The position numbers and the translations under genes are program-made. Under the pieces are notes generated by a model. That model was not told where the DNA came from. It saw only the letters and a program-made list of their open reading frames with translations, and made no database searches. From the NCBI GenBank assembly GCA_038087875.1, contig CM075992.1, forward strand, positions 10,604,001 to 10,668,000: a stretch of 64,000 nt of DNA. Direction: 5' to 3'. This document shows positions 52,336 through 64,000 of the stretch, one piece after another; positions within the stretch are counted from its first letter, which is position 1; every line of letters starts with the position of its first letter. Source of the stretch: Malacoraja senta. Lineage: Eukaryota.

Positions 52336-52683
52336 AATACGAATTTAAGGTAAGTGGGTAACAAAAAGTGTACACAGTGATAACATTTTGTAGAATAGCA
52401 GAAAATAGAATAGCAATACGATTAGTGTAAAGTAATATAGTGACTACAAGGACGGAGGAGGTGTAAGGACTGAGACTGTATAAATTAACAACGTGCACTT
52501 AACAGGACAACCACCATTAGTAAACTAACCGCGGTTGAGATATTAAGTAAGAAATTCCCCGTAGCCAAAGAGGATGTTAAAAAGAGCTCTCAGAAATGGG
52601 AGAAAAGAAAAGAGAAATTGAATACAAAGTGGCCCAGGGAAGGGACTTTTGATATAAACATGTGTGATGAAATGGAAGTATTG

Positions 52684-54239
52684 CTGTACATGATGCATTG
52701 AGCAAGGTGAATGAGCGCAAAGCTGCCGGCCCCGATGGCATCCCTGGGCGGGTGCTTAGGGCATGTGCTGGACAACTATCCCCAGTCTTTACCGACATTT
52801 TCAATCTCTCACTGGCCCAGTGTGTTGTCCCCACTTGGCTCAAGACATCAACCATCGTGCCAGTGCCCAAACAGTCAGCCACAGGGAGCCTCAACGATTT
52901 CCGCCCAGTGGCACTTACCCCTGTCATTGCTAAGTGCTTTGAGCGGCTGATCTTGGCTCACCTCAAAGCCAGCCTCCCCCCCACACTGGACCCCCATCAG
53001 TTTGCCTACCGGGCCAACAGGTCTACAGAGGACGCCATATCGGCGGCCTTACACTCTGCCCTGACCCACCTGGACAACAACAACTCCTACATCAGGTTGC
53101 TGTTGATTGATTTCAGCTCCGCTTTTAACACTGTCATCCCCGCCAGCTTGATCACCAAACTCAGCGGGCTTGGCATCTCCACCTCCCTCTGCAACTGGAC
53201 ACTGGATTTCCTCACCAACAGACCACAGTCTGTTAGGGTCAACAACCTCACCTCCTCCACTATAACACTGAACACCGGCGTGCCACAGGGCTGTGTGCTC
53301 AGCCCTCTCCTCTACTCCCTCTTCACCCACGACTGCATCCCTAAGTACGGATCCAACGCCATCATTAAGTTTGCTGACGACACCACGGTGGTAGGACTGA
53401 TCAGTGACAACGATGAGTCAGCCTACAGAGAGGAGGTCCAGCACCTGACAACCTGGTGTGCCAACAATAACCTCGTACTCAACTCCAAGAAGACGAAGGA
53501 AATTATTGTCGACTTCAGGAAGGTCAGAGGGGGCAGACATACCCCCATCCATATAAACGGGACTGAGGTGGAGCGCGTCTCCAGCTACAAATTCCTCGGG
53601 GTACACATCTCGGAGGATTTGTCCTGGTCCCTCAACACCTCCAAGCTGATCAAAAAGGCACAGCAGCGCCTTTACTTCCTGAGGAGGCTCAAGAAAGCCC
53701 ACCTGTCCCCCCAGATCCTGACCAACTTCTACCGGTGTACCATCGAGAGCATCCTGACCACCTGCTTCACGGTATGGTACAGCAGCTGCACTGTTGCGGA
53801 CAGGAAGGCACTACAACGGGTGGTGAAAACCGCGCAGCACATCATCGGTGCCCCGCTCCCTGCCATCGATGCCCTCCACCGAAAACGGTGTCTGAAACGG
53901 GCTGGGAAGATCATTAAAGACCCCTCCCACCCCAACCATGGACTGTTTGCCCTCCTCCCATCAGGGAGTCGGTACAGGAGCCTCATGTCTCGTACCAGTA
54001 CGATGAGGAACAGCTTCTACAATTATACCGTCGCATTGCTGAACTCGGAGTCCCGCCCATAGATTCCTCCGGTCCCTCCGTCCCCATTGTTAATTATTCT
54101 GTATTTTTGATTATTCTGTATCCTCTTTTTTTAAAATTTCTATATTGCACTACTACTACGGACTGACGCTAAACTGCATTTCGTTGTACCCATACTCAGT
54201 ATTTGTGCAATGACATTAAAGTTGAATTGAATTGAATTG
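52684..54239 (+). mobile_element. Young Rex1/Babar LINE, 5'-truncated
   Basis: Open RT frame, 3' UTR and (AATTG)n tail; gag rejoins in frame when it is removed. Confidence 0.95.
52698..54062 (+). CDS. Rex1/Babar reverse transcriptase (partial ORF, no stops)
   Basis: [50 protein letters not shown]. Confidence 0.9.
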   Translation: MSKVNERKAAGPDGIPGRVLRACAGQLSPVFTDIFNLSLAQCVVPTWLKTSTIVPVPKQSATGSLNDFRPVALTPVIAKCFERLILAHLKASLPPTLDPHQFAYRANRSTEDAISAALHSALTHLDNNNSYIRLLLIDFSSAFNTVIPASLITKLSGLGISTSLCNWTLDFLTNRPQSVRVNNLTSSTITLNTGVPQGCVLSPLLYSLFTHDCIPKYGSNAIIKFADDTTVVGLISDNDESAYREEVQHLTTWCANNNLVLNSKKTKEIIVDFRKVRGGRHTPIHINGTEVERVSSYKFLGVHISEDLSWSLNTSKLIKKAQQRLYFLRRLKKAHLSPQILTNFYRCTIESILTTCFTVWYSSCTVADRKALQRVVKTAQHIIGAPLPAIDALHRKRCLKRAGKIIKDPSHPNHGLFALLPSGSRYRSLMSRTSTMRNSFYNYTVALLNSESRP

Positions 54240-56140
54240 ATAAAGAACCATAGACTCAGAGATAAAACGGGGACACGGGAAAAGAAAAGGGAGAAGGAAT
54301 TAGAGGTGCTTAAATTATTCAGGGCAGAAGGAGAAAGGCTGAGGAGAACCTACCTGGCAGGAAACATAACCAAGGGAGAAGGGAGAGAGCCCGAGAAGCA
54401 GTCCAAGGGTCAGGGGATTATGGAAAAAGGAGGGTCCTTATATCCCAGTTTAAAAGACCCCGGGTGTCCCCCTCCCTACCCCGGCCTGGAAGGTGCAAAC
54501 CAATGCCCCATGATAAGAGGAATAATGGAAGTAGAGGGAGAAATCATGATTGTGGATAATGTGGAGGAAATAAAGGAATATAAACGGAGAAGGGAACAAA
54601 AAGAAAAGGACAGGATGAAGCACGAGATAAGTGAAGTAGAAAAGGAGATCAAGAAGATGAGGTATCAAAGGAGTTTGGAGGTACCCGAGTCAGAAGAGAG
54701 GGAGGCCGAGGATAGGGGTGGACACTGGAGAGAGTTGAGCCAGTGGCTAAGGGAAAGAGAGCAAGACAGTGAGGAGGAAACATAATCGGGCAGTTATGGG
54801 GGGAAGTTATAAGGAGAGGAGGGAAATAAGGGATGAGGATTTAGTGGAAGATTTTAAAAGAAAGGTGAAGGAATCCCTGGAGCAAATGGAGACTAGAGTT
54901 AAGGAACTGGGAGCGTATGCGGAGAAAGGTGAAGCGGCCCAAGGAGAATCAGAATGGCAGGAGTTAGAAACAGGACCCCCAGAGTGGGAGGTAGAAAAAC
55001 AGGTACTGGGGAATAAAATGATGCCATTGCTTGCGAAAAGATCAGGACAGACAGAGTATGTTCCTTGGGGGACACAGGAGCTTGAAGGGCTGAAAAACAT
55101 TCTGCCTAACATATATGATGGGGCAAGAAAATGGATAAGAGCCTTGGAGGAGGAAACCACAGGACGAATATTGGCAATGGGAGATATAAAGGCACTTCTG
55201 GCAAAAGTAATAGGAACCACGAAACTGGCGGAACTCCTGGAAAAGGCAGGCATAAATAACGCAGCGGGCAACCCATTGATTGACGGCCGACCATTCGACA
55301 CAGTCAGGCCATTGGTATGGCAGGCCCTCAGATACAGCTACCCGCTTAAAGTGGACCCCAAGGCTTTGAAGGGGGACTCGCTGGGGGACACAGTAACACA
55401 GTAGCGTATCTAGAGGGCCAGTTGAAAAAGAGGAGACTTGAAACTGAACACGGAATATACGGTAATGAGCTGATGATCACTATGTTCCGAGCTGCTATTG
55501 TAGATGCCATAGCCGTTCAAGTAAAGTCCAGGCTGGAGGAGGTGGTGGGACTGACAACTATGGCACACATCCAGTTCAGGGACCACTTGGTCCATGCAGT
55601 CGACAAATACCGCAAAGATAAAAAAAAGACTGGCAGATCAGCAGGAGGACGTGCAAAGAAAACTGGTAGAAATGCAGCTTGACGAACTTAAAAGAAAAGA
55701 GCGTGAAAAGGGGAAGAAAATATTTGCAGTAACAACAGAACCAGCTGAAATGAGTGTCGCACCAACAAGTAGTGAGTCCTATGCCAGAGCCAGACAAGGG
55801 TCCGGAAACTCCTAGGCCAATAGTAAATGTCTTTGGGACGTTCCTTCAAATGCCTTATAAGGGACGGGGTAAATCAGGAAACCAGCCCAGACAGGACTGG
55901 GGCCTTCAAGGGGGTGGATTACAAGGATGGGGCCGAGGGAGGCCAGTAAGGAAACAGGTAGTTGATATGGAGTGCTGGGGATGTGGTCAGGTAGGACATG
56001 TGAGAAGGGACTGTCAGCACCGCCCATGGCCCAGGTCATACCAACAGCTACGAATGGAAGGTGGAAAAAACCTTGCCCCAGGGACAGCAGACCAGATTGA
56101 AAGCCCGGCGGGACACATTAACTCCTATGCTAGATATTAG

Positions 56141-59100
56141 GGGTGCGCAGAGAACCCGGGTGGGAAGGGACACTACCCGATGAGAACCAGGGAGGCAGAA
56201 GAGGAACCAGTGGTTCAGGTAGTTTTGAGGGGACAATTAACACCCATGATGATAGACACTGGAGCTACCTATACGTGTGTGCAACCACAATACGCCTCCC
56301 ATCTTCCCATGTCAGGAAAATGTGTTAAGACTGTAGGGTTCTCGGGAAAGACACAGTTAATACAATGCACGACCCACGTGAGTTTAAAGATGAATAACAG
56401 AGAGATAGTATTGTCGAAAGGAACTCCCATTAATTTGTTAGGTAGGGACGCCCTGCTGAAACTGGAACTGAAATTAGAATGTCCCAGAAATGATTTAAGT
56501 GTGGAGAGGTCGCATGTCCAAGTGGTAATACAGGAAGCTAGCAGAGCTAATGTGATTTGGATAGGGGATATAGAAAATCAGATCTGGGAAACCTGGAGCA
56601 AGTGGAAAAAGGGAATACTGACTATATTGCCAGAAGCAACTGCACCCCAGTCTGAGCTGCACTGTACGATATACTTTGACGAAACCAAGAATGTAGAACA
56701 GGCAAGAATGTGGCGTGCAGGGACGGGTGGCCAGCAACACTTGAGAGCAGTAGCAGTAATAATTGGAAAACAGGGGGCAGCCTTGCAGATTGAATGGGAC
56801 ACCTTCCTGGGAAAATGGTACAGGGTGGTGGGGGCTGCACCTCACGTGACATTGCTTGTAAATATGGGATATCAGTCTAGGGAATTGGGACCCCTGGTGA
56901 GACAAGCAGGCACGGTTAGAAACTGGAGAAGGATTGCTCCAAAAGTATGGATGTCTGAAGACAGTAATTACATCAAGATAACAGTTACTATAGACATGAT
57001 AGGCATGATGAAAGAGGTTGACATTAACCCTCAGCGACAGCTTCTTGTGCTAACAACAGTAGGTCGGACCAAGGAGGAAATGCTGAATGAGTTGCCAGCT
57101 AGGTTGCGGTCGCGACATGACAGAGATGTGGGACTGGTGAAGTCTGCAAGTCCGGTAGAGATAAGATTAAAACACGGAGCAGTTCCACCCCGGAGACCAC
57201 AGTACCCTCTGAAGCCAGAGGCAGAGGACGGCATAGCGCCAACTATACAGGGTCTGGAGGAGGTGGGAGTGCTTATCAGAGTACATAGTCCCTGCAACAC
57301 TCCACTGTTACAAGTTGCACTGTACAAGGCACACAATTCAAGGTGGAGACTAGTACATGATTTGCGAGCAGTGAACGAGGTGGTGAGAGATTGGCCAGCG
57401 GTGGTTCCGAATCCGCACATGTTACTGACCAATGTTCCACCATAAGCAGCTTACTTTTTCAGTGATTGATCTGTGTTCAGCGTTCTTCAGTGTGCCATTA
57501 GCAGACCAGTGTCAGTATTAGTTTGCTTTTACCTATAGGGGTGTTCAATACACTTACACTAGGATGCCGCAGGGATTCAAACACTCGCCTCATGTGTTCA
57601 ATCAGGTACTAAAGGCAGATTTGGAAGGCGTAGCCTTAGACAGTACGCTGATACAGTATGTGGATGATTTATTGATTTGCTCTGAAACTGAGGAACAATG
57701 TGAGCAAGATAATGTGGCTCTTCTGGAGGTCATAAAGTGTCTAGGAAAAAGTTGCTGTTTTGTGTGCAGCAAGTGGAGTACTTAGGACGGTTGATCTCCA
57801 AAGTAATTAAACCTATAGCACCGAACCAGATAGAGGCAATAATCAAAGCTCCTAAGCGACAGGCAGTAAGACAGATGATGATACTCTTAGGGATGGGAAG
57901 ATACAGTTCGGACTGGATTGAAGAATATGCTGAAATCGTGACGCCATTGACAAAGATAATGAAGGAAGCAGGACAAACAAGCCTAAAGAATGTTTTGCAG
58001 TGGAACGACGAGGCAGAAACGGCTTTTAACACAATTAAGCAGGAATTGCAGTCGGCTCCAGCCTTGGCCCTGCCTAATTATGAGGAAACCTTTCATTTGT
58101 ATGTATCCAACAGACAGGAGGGATATGCTACAGCAGTATTGACACAGGAAACAGGTGTAGGAAAGGCGAAGCAGCCGGTTGCGTATTACAGCACAAAATT
58201 GGATGAGGTGGCTCAGGGATATCCACCTTGCCATCAGGGACTGGCTGCGGTGTACTATGCTTATGAGAAAGCATCGTCTGTGACTATGGGATATCCAGTG
58301 ATCATATATACCCACCACAAAGTGGCAGAGTTGGTGGAAAAAGGAAAGTTTGTAACTTACACCAGCTAGGATAACAGCGTATCAGATGTTACTGACATTT
58401 TCAGATATCACCATACAAAGATGTACTACAAGTAATATGGCTGACTATGTCCCGCTTGGTCATGAGGTGGAGCCCCATGACTGCGTGGGTCAGACAATGG
58501 TGTTTTCTAAATTACGAGCGGATTTACAATCTGAACCACTGATTGATGAGGACAAGAAAGTCTTGTTTGTGGATGGATCATGTTATCGGGACCATGATGG
58601 AAATCATGCAGGATTTGCAGTGGTGCAACAGGACCAAACAGGGTTTCAGACCATCAGGTTAGAGGCGTGTCAACAGCCGTGTTCAGCCCAGCTGGCGGAG
58701 ATTAAGGCTTTAACAGCAGCATGGGAAATGATGAAAGGTGAAAAAGTGGATATCTACACAGATTCGGCCTATGCACGTGGGGTCTGCCATTTATTTGGTG
58801 CAGTATGAAAACAGAGGGGCTTTCAGAAAAGTAACGGGGATCCCATACAACATTTCCAATACATTTCTGACCTAATAAAAGCATTAGTAAAGCCTAGGGT
58901 TTTAGCCGTTGTTAAATGTCAGGCACATAGAAAGAGCAGCGACACAGTTACAAAGGGAAATAATGCAGCGGGTGAAGCAGCTAAGACAGCATCTGGGTGC
59001 CAATCGGCAATAATTGCTCCTCACATGTTAGTGGTACAAGAGCCTACAAAGACGGATATCATTGAGATATAGGGACAGGCTACATTAGCTGAACAAACGA

Positions 59101-60257
59101 TGTGGGGGCAGAGGGGCGCCAAGCCAAATGAGGACGGCTTATGGACCACCGATCATGGCCTGTTAGTGGCACCTACCACCTTATTAACTAGTCTTATTTC
59201 AGAAGCGCATGGACTGGACCATTTTGCGAGGGGGGAAACCATACGAAAGGTAAGAAAGGATGGGTTTTGGTCACCTTATCTGCAGGCTTCAGTAGATCAC
59301 TTTTTGTCCCGGTGTGAGGTATGTGCACAAAATAAAGTCAGAAAGGGCATAACGACACCCATCGGTCACATAGCGGTGCCCGAGGAACCATTCGCCCATT
59401 TGGTAATTGACTATGTGAACATGTTGAAAAAAGTACGAGGTAAGAGATACCTGTTGGTAATCATTGATCGATTCAGTAGATGGGTGGAGGCTGTACCTTC
59501 CAAAGACCTAGGGGCAGGTACAGTGGTGAAATTTTTGACAAATGAAGTGATTCCACGATTTGGCATACCAGCAATAATTAGCTCTGACAATGGGTCAGCT
59601 TTTGTTAAGAAGACAGTTAAGCTGGTGCTGCAGGCCCTGAGCGTGAAGCAAAGATTTAGGTGTGTCTACCACCCTCAATCACAAGGCATGGTGGAAAGGG
59701 TGAATGGGACGTTGAAAGCAAAAATAAACAAAATTTGTGCAACTACTAAATTAAATTGGATTGATGCATTGCCCTTGGCGTTAATGAGTGGTCGTATGCA
59801 AACCAATCGAACAACTCACCTAACCCCACACGAAATGCTCACCGGCAGACCCATGCCAGTGCCCAGACGAAGGGATATATATGAGGGTCCGAGTTTGGAG
59901 CAATTAGAGGTAGAACTTAAACAATATATGCAACAGTTAACTATGATACATAAGTCTATTTATGCACAGGAAAAGCAAAATGAGCCAGCGGCAGACCAGG
60001 AGGAAGGACCAAATAAGCCTGGAGACCAAGTTTATGTGCGAGCCTTTCGAAGAAAATGGAATGAACCAAGAAGGGAAGGACCATTCACAGTAACTAAGGC
60101 CTCACCTACAGCAGTTCAGGTAGAGGGCAGATCCATATGGTACCACCTTAATCAATGCACAAGGGCTATTCCACCACCTGAGCCCAGGGGTAACCCCGAG
60201 GTAAGTGATCAAGAGGACGGGGACACAGGGGAAAACAAGGCATTGACCACGTATTAA
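56141..60257 (+). pseudogene. pol: ERV-A pro-pol (protease, RT, RNase H, integrase)
   Basis: IDTGA, NLLGRD, WRLVHDLR, MPQGF, YVDD, FVDGS, SAQLAE, YTDS, HHCC, D-D-E (IDY, SDNG, MVER), GPF; stops and frameshifts. Confidence 0.95.
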
Positions 60258-61876
60258 ATGACGTATTTGGAGAAAGTGGGAGTTCCCACACTAGTGAGGA
60301 TGAGGGTGTGGGTGAGTGCCCTTCTCCTGATAGGTATCATCCTTTTACCAGCGATATGGGCGAAGGAGGGTCAGTGGGACCTGCGACGGACAATCCCTAC
60401 TCAGGCTTCACAACCATCGGACAATGCCTACTCAGGCTTCACAACCATCAACCTTGCCGACTTAGGCTTGGAAGGATAACACCACTGCTTGGGAAAGCTG
60501 GTACGTAACCGAAGGGAGGTAAAGGTCCAAAATGATACTAGCTCAGCCGTCTGGCGTAGCGCTTCCACAAACGAGTGGTACAAGTGGGCGCAATATAGAG
60601 CACAAACTTTGCAGTTGACACAATGTATAATATGTACCAAAGCGAATGGGAAAATATTGGCTATACCAGAACCTCACAACTATACATATTGTTCGGACTT
60701 TGTGCGAAGTGTGACACGTTGGGAAGACATGTCTAATTGTCCTATACAGTATTTAAATGCAGCAGGATCAACACAACTTCACTTGTGTATGGAACTTCAC
60801 GGAGGTAAGAAAACCATACCCAGGGCCACCACCAGAGGTTGGGGTTACATCTACAGCACAGTATGAATGCTACCTTACAGCAAATGGCACGCACCCAGTA
60901 AGAACGTTTCCAAGCCGCTGTAACAGGGTGTGGGTATGTAATCACCAGAACCCATACCAATTGGCTGAAGCCGTGCCCAGAGCAGATGTTGCTGTTGTAC
61001 TACCACAGTGCAAGGCTATTTTGACAGCAGATGTGGCTGTAGCTGATAGGTTTTGAATGTGCGGGGGTAAGCCTAGAAACACACTGTCGCTCTTTTGGAC
61101 TGGATTGTGTGCCAGGGTGATGTTGGCACAACCTGTCCTCGTACTAAGTCAAAACGATATGTTTCAACAGACCCGTACGAAAAGAGCATTTGATTCGTTA
61201 CCGGACGGAGTTTATCTGGATGTAATAGGGCAACCGAGAGGAATCCCTAGTGAATTTAAAGCCAGGAATGAAATTGCTGCAGGACTGGAGTCAATACTTT
61301 TATGGATTACGCCTGCTAAAAATACGGAATGGATTAACTACATCTATTATAATCAACGGAGGTGTATTAATTACACGGACGACGCACTGTCGGCTTTGCG
61401 GGATCAACTTGATGCCAGTAGTAAGATGGCATGGTAGAATAGGCAGGCTTTGGATTGGTTGATGGCTGAAAAAGGGGGTGTTTGTGTACTTTTTGGGGAG
61501 CACTGTTGTACGTTTATCCCTAACAACACCAGCCCGGAGGGGTCCTTTACTAAAGCCATGGATAAGTTAAAAAAAACCTAAGGAGTGAGGTTAAACGAAA
61601 CGCAGGGTTTGGACATCAATTGTTTGGGTGGTTGGAGAGCATGTTGGTGGGTTGGGGAGCATGTCTGGTTAAAATTGGTCTGACCATTGGGGTCGCACTA
61701 CTTGCAGTGGCAATCATGTTGTGCTGTGTTTTCCCCTGTATTAAGTCTCTCCTGGTGAAAGCTACTGTGAAGCAATTGCCAATGATAACGGGTGCAGACG
61801 AATCCGGCCCTAAAGGAAAGTGGACCTCGGTGATATAATACTACTACGATGGAGAGGAAGTGTTGGGAAAATGTTA
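60258..61876 (+). pseudogene. env: ERV-A env (gamma-type SU/TM)
   Basis: Signal-like VWVSALLLIGIILL, furin site RTKR, GQPRGIPSEFKARNEIAAG, ISD NRQALDWLMAEKGG, CX6CC CVLFGEHCC, TM helix. Confidence 0.93.
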
Positions 61877-62105
61877 AATTAAGTCTGTAAGGGAAGCTGG
61901 GTCTTTTTTTCCCGCCTCACGTAATGGGGGTGGGTTTTGGGCCCAGTTTCTCAGGGAGCCAGAGAAAGAACGCTACACAGCATTACACTAACTTAATTAA
62001 AAGAGCCTGCATTTTAGGGCTCTATGGGTGTTTAGACCTGGGGGATGTGTGTGTGGTTTTCTTTGTCTGTTGAGACTAGTTTGAAGTCTCAAAAGGAGGG
62101 AGTTA

Positions 62106-62657
62106 TATAGAAGTTTTATAAGAAATTATATTGCAGAACAATTAATTCAAACATTCATCATAGCCAGCAGAGATGTCAGCTATTTTTATATAATCAGACA
62201 TCAGCTTATTGTACTCAGACTCACGTGATTGTTAGTTTTGCAGCATTTAACATTTATCTAGTAATGTAATTAAAACATTTACTAAAGTTTGCAGAGGTCA
62301 GCTATTTTATGTGAACAGACGTCATGGCACAAAAACAAGCGACGTCTTGTTTTTTTATTTTGCTTTAGCTAGTACACCATGGTAGACTCAGAGATTAAAG
62401 TTAAAGAGCAAGGACATAGTGAAAGATTAGAGTTATAGAAGCATGCATACCAAGTAACCGCAGATAAGGTTGAAAGAGTGCAATATAATGGTTCTTGTTT
62501 GTGTAGATCAGGAAACAATTAGAGAGAGAGACCAGGCCGTGTTGTCTCTGAATGTTCCAAGCCAAACATTGTTTGCAAATAAAGGCTTTTCGTCTTCTTG
62601 AAGAATTCTCCGTGTCTGTGTCATCTTATCCAAACTTTGAGTCTTAAAACCACGACA
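62106..62657 (+). repeat. ERV-A 3' LTR
   Basis: Follows the PPT; matches the 5' LTR. Confidence 0.95.
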
Positions 62658-64000
62658 GTATAAAAAGAGATGATCCTTTGTTTGTGGCTCAGAGAGCTCC
62701 ACGTGAATTGATGACGTGGGGGAATCCAACTTTTGTTTGCAAATAAATGTTTAAACGTCTTGAAGAATTCTCCGCGTGGCCTGAATTAATTTGAGTATTG
62801 AAAACCACAACATAATTGGCGCAGCGAGCAGGGTCGGTAAGAGACCGTTAATTAAAAGACAAACAGCCCAGGGCGATTCCCAGCCCCTCTGTGGCTTCTA
62901 GGGACAACATGAAAAAAGGTGGCCACTATATAAATTAGGCGGTTTTCCGCTTCATTTGGACTAATAACACGTTGTTCATGGGAAGCCATTGGGGACACAG
63001 AGTGCCTATGTATTTAGAAGGTCTCTCCGACCAAAGAATCTGGCACTAAATTGTCTAGGAGACGTGGAGGATTGCTCGAGAAGTCTGCGCAGTAGGGTAA
63101 GTAGAAGATAGTTAAGTTGAGTAGTATTTTGTACAGAATGTATATATGACCTTGCAGATACCACATGTTGAGAGGACCGCAGGGTTTGCTTAGGCAAGGC
63201 ATCCTAAAACCTGCGGATTAGACCGTTGAGAAGAGAGCGAGGTCCGTGTAGAGATGTGCGGATTAGACTGTTGAGAGGACCGCAGGGTCCGAATATGGCA
63301 GGTATTATCCTGTGGCGACCATTCTTAGAGAAGAGAAGGGAATCTGATCAGACAGGATATAATGTATATATTTATAATCAGGGGGAATAGGGTCTTATTA
63401 GGTCGTGTAAAATTGTAAAATGTTAAGGGCTAGGGTAGATAAAAAAAAGCGCTGATAAGAAGATCTCAGAGAATAAGCATTGAGTAGTTTAAACTAGAAT
63501 AGTAAGTTATAAACTAACCTAAAGTTTGGAATGTAGAACTGACCAGTTGGGGGCAAATGGAAACAAAGGAAACGAACATGGAATGAAGAACTGTTAAAAA
63601 GGTAGAAAGATGAAAAAGGAAAGAAAGAGGGAGAAATGAAAGCGATTTCGGTGGTGAAATAAGGACTGGAAGTGCTCCCAGTTTAAAAGAACAGATTAAA
63701 AAAAGAAGGGAGTTTGAGGCAGAAAAATACAGAGAAACAATATTAAATCAAACAGGAAGAGTTAAACGGCACAGAGCAACAGAGAAGTAATGCGGCAGAT
63801 AAAAGAGGAAAGAAGAGCGTAAAATCATGATTGCTAAAGGATAGAAACTGTTTGTGTAAAATATAGAACCTTGCCTACCACTGCACAGAGACAAAGGAGA
63901 AAGTGTGCTCTGTGTCTGAAGCTTGATGGGAGTGGGGTGTGGTCAGATGTTGAGTGACGAGGAGTCTGATTGGTTGTGATCTTAGTGGGGTGTGGATAGA
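62658..64000 (+). mobile_element. ERV-B: TATA/R/U5, PBS, leader and decayed gag start (runs off the window)
   Basis: AATAAA ~62742; LTR end aaaaccacaaca 62812; leader homologous to ERV-A (gcggttttccgctt.atttggact); leader repeats 63165-63290. Confidence 0.85.
62817..62834 (+). promoter_or_regulatory. ERV-B PBS, tRNA-Ser(UGA)
   Basis: tggcgcagcgagcagggt, complementary to the vertebrate tRNA-Ser(TGA) 3' end as recalled (ACCCTGCTCGCTGCGCCA). Confidence 0.85.

Larger units (their letters stand above)
52516..56140 (+). pseudogene. gag: ERV-A gag, interrupted by Rex1
   Basis: Decayed start accATT, KWPREGTFD..EMEVL|IKNH across the Rex insertion, LYPSL, PPPY, YVPW, CWGCGQVGHVRRDC zinc knuckle, TAG at 56138. 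Confidence 0.9.
51159..62657 (+). mobile_element. ERV-A: complete but defective class I (epsilon/gamma-like) provirus
   Basis: Two 552-bp LTRs, PBS, leader repeats, gag-pro-pol-env, PPT aaaaggagggag 62091-62102, 4-bp TSD GTAT. Confidence 0.97.

Noticed and set aside
60258..61876. Domesticated syncytin-like env
   Set aside because: Several stops and frameshifts, including one at the start of the ISD

Overview
Vertebrate genomic DNA. The HER1-like CR1 (TTTCTATG)n tails, HE1-like V-SINE and Penelope/Rex repertoire point to a cartilaginous fish, probably a skate or ray (inference). I found no supportable host gene; the window is a nested stack of mobile elements. It holds CR1 LINEs; a full-length L1 with a post-insertion tandem duplication, inserted in a CR1 with a 15-bp TSD; two DIRS1-type tyrosine-recombinase retroelements with inverted termini and an internal complementary region; several Penelope-like elements carrying hammerhead-like cores; Rex1/Babar, L2 and SINE fragments; a non-autonomous Helitron with two minisatellites; and a large (TAGG)n array. 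It also holds three class-I (gamma/epsilon-like) endogenous retroviruses, one of them a complete LTR-gag-pol-env-LTR provirus inserted into the TATA box of a related provirus. Most notable inferences: (1) both DIRS families keep a splice donor right after the reconstructed pol start codon and an in-phase acceptor right before the ATG-less recombinase ORF, suggesting a splicing switch between pol and the recombinase; (2) the ERV LTRs appear to start 5'-TATAG rather than TG; (3) a 207-bp Penelope-derived hairpin centred on a hammerhead-like core has its own TSD. All alignments and counts were done by eye.
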